A stretch of DNA of 60,800 nucleotides, counting the filler, from Sphacelaria rigidula (taxonomy: Eukaryota), in assembly GCA_964200075.2 (NCBI GenBank). It is 7 parts of 7 records of this genome, joined end to end, with 100 filler letters (N's around TTAATTAATTAA, not from the genome) between each part and the next. Parts side by side here need not be neighbours in the genome. Positions count along the whole stretch, not along the records: positions 43,503 to 52,101 come from CAXNAA020010635.1; positions 52,202 to 60,800 come from CAXNAA020010636.1; 5 more parts are not named here. One strand, 5' to 3'. Shown here in pieces: positions 51,486 through 60,800 of the stretch (position 1 is the stretch's first letter; each line of letters opens with the position of its first letter). Position numbers and translations under genes: made by a program. The notes under the pieces are model-generated. The model was not told the DNA's origin. It made no database searches and saw only the letters and a program-made list of their open reading frames with translations.

Positions 51486-52789
51486 AAAATCTTTTTGTGC
51501 ATACTACTCGTGCATAATCTTTCTTACCTCTGGGTTGCTAAGGGTCTCGATATTTTGGGGAGGGTATAGCGCAGTTTCAAGTAGTACTTCTCCCTCGTGC
51601 GGTGGTATACGACAGTTGGCTCGGAGGTCATCTCCCATTATAGAGCTTATGACGAGCTGGATACCATCTTCAGGCACTACCAGTGTGCTCTTGCTGGGAA
51701 TGCCGGTTGTGCGTGTGCCTATGGGGCGCAACGGTCTGTCGTAATTCCACCGCACTGTGTGAAACGAAACATCTCCAGACACAATGGCAAGAGACGTACC
51801 CGGTACTCAATGCAGGACAATGACATCATCGCCAAAACTGCACCGATCAAGCAGGGGCGGTGCCGTGTGTTACCAGGTTAGTCTGCAGTTCACAGTGATA
51901 TGCTCAAGTCGCGCTGATTTGGGAAACTCGAGAAGTTGTAGTGCGGAGAGAGAATGTGGGATTTACTGCCGGCCCAAAACCAGAATTTCACCACGCAGGC
52001 TACCCAGCAACCAAATACAGAGGATTTGAATGGAAACGGCTCCGTCAATTTTGCAGAGCAGTACTGGGAATATGCCATTCAGATGAAGCCAGGAGAGATG
52101 ANNNNNNNNNNNNNNNNNNNNNNNNNNNNNNNNNNNNNNNNNNNNTTAATTAATTAANNNNNNNNNNNNNNNNNNNNNNNNNNNNNNNNNNNNNNNNNNN
52201 NTAGACCAGTATACATACCTTGGCGTAGAGATCTAAAAAAACTGTTCTTGGGATGCACATGTAATGCGTGAGTGGACCGCGTGCTCAGAGGACCGCATCT
52301 GGATTCGAACACCCCAGGACCGACATGGCAGGAGGACCGCGCGGGCGTCGTCGATGCCGCGACCGCGCCTAGGCCCGACCTGGGCCGCGCATTTTATCGA
52401 GCCAGGAGTAGCAAAGGCAGACGAATTGCACCTACTGTTGATCGGCACGCACAGCTACCAGCTGCATACACGGCCCCAACGTGGCTTGGTACTCCCGCGT
52501 ACTACTTTTGTGGCTCGTTAATCACAGGTACTGAGGTGTTTTGGGCCGCGCATTTCATGGAGCCAGGGGTAGCAAAGGCAGACACGTATTGATGATCGGC
52601 ACGCACAGCTTCCAGCTGCATAATACTCCCGGGTACTGAGGTGTTTAGGAGTTAAATACGGTCCTTTAAGCACGCGGTCCTGTCACGCATCACAACGGAT
52701 CGCAGAGAGTGATCCACAAACACCTGATCAAGCGAAATATAATATCCGCGAAAAAGTCATGCCAACCTGCAATTACTGAGATTTCATTC

Positions 52790-54450
52790 AGGCGCGGTCC
52801 ACAAGCTACTCCTGCAGCGCTCCTTTATATACAGTGCGCACAGGAAAACACCGCAAGGGTTAGCGAAACGAAATAAATGGAACCCCAGCGCAGGTACAGA
52901 GCGGGCGTCGAAAACGCTGGTGTCGAACATAACGCAGATCAAGCACCCCACATACTCATCGACCAAGCACAAGCAGTCCGTGAAAACGCTATCTTCCAAC
53001 TGTTACATGGAACACAGAAGTCCACACGACCCGTCTCGGGTTGCAGCTCTTCGGAACCCGCAAGTACTGAGACGTTGTGTGCCCGCGTTGCACGACCTCA
53101 CTCGGCCTAGGGAGGGAGCGAGCGTCGAAAACCCTGACCTTACATATACAACAGGGCAATCATCCGAAATGTAGAGAAATCAACCCATATATGTCTGTAG
53201 GTCCGTCGAACCTGGAAGTACTCGTACTTCATATGACCGCGGTCCACGAAACAACCCCCGAGACATTCCTCTCCAAAACTTCTCCCTGTCTGGGGCCGTG
53301 TCCGACTGCAGCTCGTCGAAACCTGCTAGTACTGACACTTCATATGGCCGCGGTCCATAACATAACTCCGAGACCTTCCCATCTGATACCATTACTGAAG
53401 ACAAGCGCACGGCGCCGGAACCTCAGCCTAAGAGGAGAGCGACCGTCGAAAACCCCGACCCTCATGGCCTGTAGCAACACACCTTCACGTTGTCAAATCA
53501 AAGCAATAGGGGTATTCTCCTCATACGAGCCCCGTCTGACCGCAGCTCCCCCAACCCTGCAAGTTCTGACACTTCATATGGCCGCGGTCCATAACTCCGA
53601 CACATTCCTCTCTTAAACCTTGCGCTAGAACAAGGACACCGCGCCGGAACCTGAGCCTAGGAGGAGAGCGACCGTCGAAAACCCTGACCCCGATGACAAA
53701 GCAGGTGAACCATTCCAAAAATGTGCAAATCAAGCACTAGTATTCCGTAGAAACGATATTCTCCTATGTGCACACTCTATAACAAGATCGGGCCGGTAGC
53801 AAACCACCTTAATACTGTCCCCCGAGATGGATAGATCGGTTGAGTGGTTGTCACACTTCAAGCCCCCCCCCCCCGCCTGAAGGATCGAGCCATGGTCACA
53901 TCGAAGTCGTACCCGTTAAAAGCACGACCGAAACACTCGCTGAAAAAAACGAAGGAACAGACAAGGTCACGACATCGTATACTAGGACGCGAAAAAAACA
54001 GGATAAACATTCAACAAGAGCAAAGCACAGACACCAATGTCCGATCTGAAAATATAATATAAAAGATATAGAAACAAAGCACAGGCACCAATGTCCGATC
54101 TGAAAACAGAATAAAAATGAGATCTAACTGAATATTCCGCTCATGGAAGCCGTATCCGGTTGCAGCTCCTCCGAACCTGCAAGTACTGACACTTCATGTG
54201 GGCGCGATCCACGATCGAAGTCGGAGAAATTGCTATTTGAAAACACCTGTGAAGAGCAGCGCACTGCGGCGTTCGAAGCGAACCAGCGTCGAAAACCTTG
54301 ATCTAAAAAAGAGCAGTCGAATCATCCAAATTCGCCATCTTCGCAAGTGCACCAGAACTTGTGCAAGGTGGGGCTCCCATAAGCTGTATCACACTGTACG
54401 TTGTCGAAACCTGCGAGTACTAACGTTCTATATAGTTGCGGTCCACAACG
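52790..54450 (+). repeat. Degenerate subterminal tandem array
   Basis: Motif gcagctcNNcgaacctgcaagtactgacacttcatatggccgcggtcca at ~53042, 53196, 53307, 53541, 54160, 54398; motif gNcgtcgaaaaccctgacc at ~52905, 53122, 53444, 53673, 54286; separate ~55-bp tandem duplication at ~54018-54125. Confidence 0.85.
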
Positions 54451-54723
54451 TAAGTCTGATACGTTCTGATGTGAAAACTCCACTCAAGATCTTCTACTGT
54501 GAAACTGCTTCTCTCATCGCACTGTCATCACGTGTTGGCCAAAATGACAGGAGTGTGCGAAGTAGCACTCTCGCACGAGCAACTTATCCCTAACCTTAGG
54601 TCGACGTTATTGACAGATACACTACTGTTCCAACGGCCGTTTTTTCGTGCGCGCCGCGACTCCTTCATCTTTTCTCTCCTAATCGGCGTTGGTGTGTCCG
54701 CCCGCAATGCACAATCCCGATCC

Positions 54724-57300
54724 TCACCGCCCGCTGCCGCCTACTCTCGCCCTTTTCTTTTTCCCTGTCCCATTATCCGAAGGGGGCAAGGGCAACCTCG
54801 GCCTTTGAACGGCGGCTACTTGCGGTTTAGCGTTGACCGTCGTGTCGAGGCCGGAGCCACCCTTAAGTTGCCGTGGCGTCATGCCCACCCGGGAACTGCC
54901 GTAGATGAGCCTTGTGATATTCCGACCCAACATTGGTCTCTTCGTCTTCAGAATCGGGAAGTGTTCGTCTGGATATATCTTGTTCATTTTCTGCTCTGCC
55001 TTGACCCCGAGGAAGGACACACAGTGTTCACTAATTTTCTCCGCTGCTCTCCGCTGCAGCGGGGAAAACACCGAGGGGATCCCACGCCACCAGCACCGTC
55101 GCCCCCGGCGTGTGCAATCTGGCGAGGAGACTCGCTGCGGCGGTTACCGACGGGAACTGATCAGCCAAGTCTTCCCGGCACACGGCCGTTGTCTGTGCGC
55201 CCGCTATCACGTCCATGTGTCCGGCCAAGGTTTGCCCGTGCGCAGTTTCATTCCTCTCGTAGGATAGTGGAAGTGTCGTTGCCCCCTCCCCGATTAATGT
55301 GAAGAGATTCCCAGAGGCCGGCTTCCGCCACGGCAGGAGGGGGTCGATCGTCCTCGCGCGTATCTGTCTCAGGACGACGGTGTCATCGGGTGCATGGGGT
55401 GGGTAGGTCACGACAGTGTGAACGACTTTTCGCGGGCACAAAAAACACTTTGTCGGCGTAGAGGTGTGCAGATCCGCGTACAGTAGAAACCAGTCATCCA
55501 CTGTGGCGGAAGTTCCTGCATAACACCACCGCGACGACCGTACATCGTATCGTTCGCTACGGTTGTAAGGAAGAGGAGGACTCTCACCCAATGACTATCT
55601 ATACCTGTGGATGCCGATCCTCTCCTCCGCCGAATATGGCTAGCGCACGTGTTGGGAGGACCCGCCACGTCGGGTCCATATGACAACCGTAGTCGTCCGC
55701 TGGAGTGGTTCGCCGGTGGAATCCGCGGTCAACATCGCCCTTGAAAGGGATGATGTTAAATGGAACGTCGAACGCCTTTGTTCCGCCGCACAAGTCAGCC
55801 TGCGGATACCCGATATAAACGAGGGTGGCGACGTGAGTTGTGTCTGCGTCCAGCCGGACTGCTGTATCGTGACAAGTGCTCTGTCTATTTGCACATAAAC
55901 TTGAATATTCTCCCGTACTGGATCATCTAGGGCCAGGCATGTATCAATACGGCGATTACAGGACCGTGTCAGTCAGCGTGTACCACTGGCGCGACAACGT
56001 ACCATCATCTTCAACGCCGTCTTGCAGGCGTGTGCCCAGTCGGTGTCGTATCCTTCGGTGTTGGTCTTCTTGCGGAACTCGCGGCTCTTGTCCACGACGA
56101 TGACGACGGGTAGTGCATGAAGCCCCCCGTCAAGCATCACGGCTTCTAGTTCTTGCCGCAAAGATTGCATTTTTTGCGGGTCATTCACCGGTACCACTAT
56201 AGTTCCGACTCGTGAGCGGAACTCGCCATCTCCATCCTTCTTCACACTGAGAGCGGTCTTCACGACGTCCGCGGCGACGAAGCTCTTGCATGTCCACGAT
56301 CGCACATGCTTCATGGAGGGTACATACATTCGGCAAGACAGACGCGGACTGAAGGCGAAGATACCACGATTTCGGTTCTTTCAATCGAAGTGGATCATGT
56401 CCTGCTATTTAGGTCCGGTGCCGGTAGTATCTCCCCTTCGGGTTAGCAACAATACGCGCTGTCGCCTCGTTTCATTCGCGTGAGGATGTTGTCCCAGGTG
56501 CGGTGCATCGACCAAACCGGCCAACAAAAACGCGTACATCGCGACTGACGCTATATGGGAGTGTGGCGGCGAATGTGTCGTCCCGGCCGTGGTTACGCCA
56601 TCGTAATTCTAACATCGTATGTGGGAAGGTCGAGTTACTCGTCTCTGCCGACTCACCTCTCACGCTGTACAAGTTGGACGAGATCCACAAACGTCGGTTT
56701 CAGTGACGTTCCGTGCAGTTCGTTATCCACCACCGCGACTTTCCTGGCATGGGCGGAGTAGTCGGTTTCGTTCCCGAAGTAGTGCAGCGATACCGGGATA
56801 TTCTTCAAGAACGGCGGCCCATTATTGGGTTCGTATGGCGTTGACTTCCGATTTAGGTGCAGTGACTCTTCGGCGGCGCCCTGGCGTCGTAGTTTCAGGT
56901 CGGAGGCGATGAACTGACCCGCCTCGACTCGGTGGAAGCCGCCGAGTAGCTCTGCTTGAACCTGTGTGCAAATAGCGTGGCGCATAATGCGAAGGGGATT
57001 TGTATCTATTTGTACGGTGCACGTCACCGCGAGAACTTGAGGTACCGCGGGGGTCACTGCATTCCCGTCTTGGCTACTGTCACGTCCACCCCAGCGTAAG
57101 GTAATGAGTAAATGAGTCTCGCATCGTGCTGTATCATCTCCACCTTTGTGGTGTCATTATTGTTATCGTATCATCGCACTTATTCCATAAACGACGACGG
57201 TGAGGTCATTTTCACACGATATGTAGTGGTTTTCGAACCGACACCAGAAAGTATATTTTCCCGTTTGTTTGAATGTTGCGACCAGTGTGCACAACTCTTG
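54724..57300 (-). pseudogene. Intron-containing pseudogene: ParB-N-like domain plus beta-class N4C/N6A DNA methyltransferase-like domain
   Basis: Exon 56961-56657 (cacag / gtgagt): AELLGGFHRVEA...LKNIPVSLHY...ARKVAVVDNELHG...TFVDLV. Introns 56002-55800 and 55587-55516. Last exon: FLLYADL...VVHTVVTYPPH...WRKPASGNLFTLIG...DQFPSV...LLARLHTPGATVLVAWDPLGVFPAAAE[K]ISEHCVSF...KKKRAR; stops and frameshifts present. Confidence 0.55.
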
Positions 57301-57422
57301 TCAGGCGAACGGCAGAAGATATGCTATATACATGTGTGAAACAAGTGTATGCGAAAAAACAATGCCGCCCCCCTAGGAGCTTTCGTTTTGCTTTATTTCC
57401 TTCACAGGGGGGGGGGGGTACT

Positions 57423-57633
57423 TGTAATGGGAGAGATGACCGCGTGCTTTGGGGGCCTCACCCTGGCTCTAAACATGTCAGGATCGATTTTTTTCAAACC
57501 GATCGGGCGTGTTCCTCCAGGGACCACGGCCCTGGCCCTAACCCGAACACTAACCCCAGCCCCCGCCGTAGCCTTAGGGGTGTTAAGAAGTAGAGTGCGG
57601 TCCCCTGACGACGCGGTCCTCTCACGCATTACA
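57423..57633. mobile_element. 211-bp MITE sharing the TGTAATG...CATTACA TIR, with telomere-like internal repeats
   Basis: tgtaatgggagagatgaccgcgtgctt ... gacgcggtcctctcacgcattaca; internal ccctggccctaacccgaacactaacccc. Confidence 0.7.
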
Positions 57634-58580
57634 GAACTCATCTTGCATGCCGTACTAGGTGGGCAAGCCTAAAGGCAGCTTTGTAGTTTGCAGGCCCATA
57701 CGCTGGCCAATATTTCGAGCTGAACCCTAGGATTTGTTGCGTGCAATTAACATTCTGAATATGAGAACTCACGCGTGGACCCCATTTTCTATTGTTTAAT
57801 TATTGATCGTGTCTTAGTGATACCATTGATAGTCGCTGATTTGCTTCAAGTCTTTGAAATTAGAAAATGTGTCGATCCACGCGTGAGATAGTTTTTTTTT
57901 CCCCATTCATTGTCCATATCGAGTGTTACCATCCAGCTGTGAATATTCGTCGGCGACTGGGAATTTTACTACCCGGGTCGGTGGCACACGGGATCGGCAT
58001 TTTGCAGACCCCTCAGCGGTTCACGTTCGTGATTGTGTACAAAAATAGCGTGTGGGATGTGGCTGGTGCATAACCAAGTACAAGAAAGGGGTCAGCTTGT
58101 TTTTTGTACTCCTGCTTTCGGTGGTTTTGATTTACTAACCCCCTTTTTGGCGACATAGCCGTGGTATGTTCGGCGGGTCGCATGAAGGATGAGTTTCGTT
58201 TCTTTTGCACTGTTCGGCCCGAAACGTATTGATGATGTACGATTTGGATGGCAGCATCGAATGATTTCATGCTTTTCCCTGGATCACCTCTTCCACGGGC
58301 AGCCACGAGGTACACCCTGCCGCGACCGTCTTCCTAGCGCAAGGCTGAGGTCCTCCTGCCCATGCTGCTTCACGATCGTGACGGTTACCACGAACAAACA
58401 CGCAAGCGAACAGAATAAAATATACCCTTGGTTGCCCACCTGGCGTTGTGAGGCGGATATTTCCCAGCTTCACCGCAAACCAGTGGCGAGCCCGTAGGGG
58501 GTACACCCTTTACGATCGGTGCGGAGCGCGGCGGGTGGAAGGGATCTGGCAGCTGCCGCCCGCCCTCCCCTCGACCGTAA

Positions 58581-59018
58581 AACCCGGGGTTTTACAAATT
58601 GGGGATGGATTTGTTTTTCAGGATGATAAAGCCGTATCACCACAAACTTCGTATCCACACCGCGTCTTCGGAATATGAGCCCATATCTTTACTTCATAGT
58701 AGCGATTTAAAACTACCTTACGGCGTGCAAGTTTGGATTCCGACGACCGAAATGTTGGGGTCGTACGTTAAATACGCATCTCGGGGAATGTCGCTGATCT
58801 CATCGGATAAAACCCGCCGAAATTCTTGCTTTACCCGGAACCCCTTCATGTCGGTTATCAGGAGCCGAACTGGTATGACGCGTGGTAGTTGTCGAAAGTT
58901 ACCAGGAGTCGAAGATGTGGACCTATATTTGAAAGATTTGGTGTGGTTACAAAAACGTCAATCGTGTGGGTTCTCCTCCCCAATGAAGAGTCAACCCCTC
59001 ATTTGCCAATTGTTTGTT
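58581..59018. mobile_element. Diverged relative of the 444-bp palindromic MITE
   Basis: aacccggggttttacaaattggggatggat...cttcgtatccacacc...gatttggtgtgg...ctccccaat; TSD not preserved. Confidence 0.7.
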
Positions 59019-60800
59019 CGAAGTTCCACAATACAATCCCCTTTTAAACCGATCGACGTAATGTAATATGCCATATGAGGGAGCGCGAAGCAGGTGGAGG
59101 GCGTGTGTAGGTGGGGCGGGGTGGGTGGGTGGGGGGGGGGGGGGGAGGAGGGGCATGTGAACCACGCACGCCCGTGCTACGTAGGGGCGCAAAACGTTTT
59201 ATCGACATCGGGATGAACAAATACAACTGCGGCCCGCAATGAAGAAATAATTAGCTTAGGATATCAGTTTGGGTCTGCGACGGAAAATAAGAAAAAACGA
59301 CTGAGAAACACTTCTCAAACTGGGCGATAAGATAATGAACATGAAAATGAGAAACAGTGCGGATACGTACCTATCATAGGCATAAGGAATAAGAATGTAG
59401 GTGCCTGGGGGGCCCCTTCCTAATCGCGAAACGTGCACTCTACATTTAGACCCCCTCCCTCCCCGTGCTAAACTGCATCTTTGTGAGAGCGGTGTAAGTT
59501 CTTGATTTACGGCTGTTTCATGCTAAACACTGTAGACCTGCCGGTGTGTTTTTCATTGGGCATTTTGTGTGCAACGAGGGGGTGGTGGAGGCAGTACATG
59601 GAGGATACGAGAAAGCGATAATTTCAAGAAAATAAACAGGACCCGGTCGGCCGGAAATATTACGAAATTCGACATAAGTAAAAAAGCAATCTGTGCTGGT
59701 GTTTGCGCCCGAAATACGGATTTGGGCCTCGACCCCAAATTGACGTTTCTTATCTCCGGGCCGCGACTGCAAGAAAGGACAGGAAACCGACAGGATTAAA
59801 GAATATCAAAAATAAAGTGGAACACATCGCGAGAGTAAGTACTCTTCACTACATCAACTGGAAGTATGATGAAGGCGGAACCCCTACAACACTTCATGAG
59901 TATGTGGGGTGCTTGGTCTGCGTTATGTTCGACACCAGCGTTTTCGACGCCCGCTCTGTACCTGCGCTGGGGTTCCATTTATTTCGTTTCGCTAACCCTT
60001 GCGATGTTTTTCTGTGCGCACTGTCTATAAAGGAGCGCTGCAGGAGTAGCTTGTGGACCGCGCCTGAATGAAATATCAGTAATTGCAGGTTGGCATGACT
60101 TTTTCGCGGATATTATGTTTCGCTTGATCCGGTGTTTGTGGATCACTCTCTGCGATCCGTTGTGATGCGTGAGAGGACCGCGTGCTTAGAGGACCGTATT
60201 TAAGTCCTAAACGCCTCAGTACCCGGGAGTACCAAGCCATATGAGGGTCGTTTATGCAGCTGGAAGCCGTGCGTGCCGATCATCAATACGTTTCTGCCTT
60301 TGCTACCCCTGGCTCCATAAAGTGCGCGGCCCAAAACACCTCAGCACCTGTGATTAACGAGTCACAAAAGTAGTACGCGGGAGTACCAAGCCACGTTGGG
60401 GCCGTGTATGCAGCTGGTAGCTGTGCGTGCCGATCATCAGTAGGTGCATTTCGTCTGCCTTTGCTACCCCTGACTCGATAAAATGCGCGGCCCAGGTCGG
60501 GCCTAGGCGCGGTCCCGGCATCGGCGACGCCCGCGCGGTCCTCCTGACATGTCGGTTCTGGGGTGTTCGAATCCAGATGCGGTCCTCTAAGCACGCGGTC
60601 CTCTCACGCATTACAGTTACCCTCCTCTCGCCGCATTGATTGCTTCACCATGGGCTATGTATCGACAACTTGGTCTGCGCGAACAACGCCTGACGCGTGC
60701 GTGTTGTTGCAGGTGTTGAGAAAATATATCCCTCGTTCGACAATCAATGTGACCGAGCCGGTTTCGAAACCAGCCACGCACAGTTACTGGCGGGAGTTCT

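Larger units (their letters stand above)
52260..60615. mobile_element. ~8.35-kb unit bounded by ~700-bp inverted repeats (TGT...ACA ends), carrying a ParB-like/amino-MTase-like pseudogene
   Basis: 52260-~52960 is the reverse complement of ~59896-60615 (paired ORFs 52272+/60283- and 52877+/59796-); no TSD (caca/gtta); no transposase recognised. Confidence 0.7.

Noticed and set aside
52260-52694. LTRs of a retrotransposon (TG...CA)
   Set aside because: The two copies are inverted rather than direct, have 36-bp TIRs, and no gag/pol, PBS or PPT is present
53040-54450. CRISPR-like array
   Set aside because: Repeats are long, degenerate and irregularly spaced, the intervening parts are related to each other, and there are no cas genes; eukaryotic context
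55655-55690. MDPTW as the MTase DPPW catalytic motif
   Set aside because: That frame is not phase-compatible with the next exon and lacks the preceding hydrophobic strand; VVTYPPH at 55394-55408 fits motif IV context much better

Overview
Eukaryotic nuclear DNA, repeat-rich with long GT-AG introns. It is most consistent with a brown alga (Phaeophyceae), but that assignment is an inference. The window is not one locus. It is seven unrelated contigs of near-identical, decreasing length (8601, 8601, 8600, 8600, 8600, 8599, 8599 bp) joined by 100-bp N/TTAATTAATTAA linkers, so no synteny should be read across linkers. Contig 1 holds one Dicer/RIG-I-like helicase exon plus SINEs and MITEs. Contig 2 holds a long foldback and a decayed chromodomain-bearing Ty3/gypsy element carrying three MITE insertions with 4-bp TSDs. 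Contig 3 holds three exons of a TANGO2/NRDE gene with an unusual 86-aa hydrophobic insert. Contig 4 holds a miRNA-like hairpin and the last five exons of UTP20, ending in an RGG tail. Contig 5 holds a decayed Ty1/copia element. Contig 6 is mostly repeats and unassignable exon candidates. Contig 7 is the most interesting: an ~8.35-kb unit bounded by ~700-bp inverted repeats with TGT...ACA ends. It has a subterminal repeat array and a decayed, intron-containing gene that by eye looks like a ParB-like N-terminal domain joined to a beta-class N4C/N6A DNA amino-methyltransferase-like domain, with no recognisable transposase. All protein calls are from motif recognition by eye; no searches were run.
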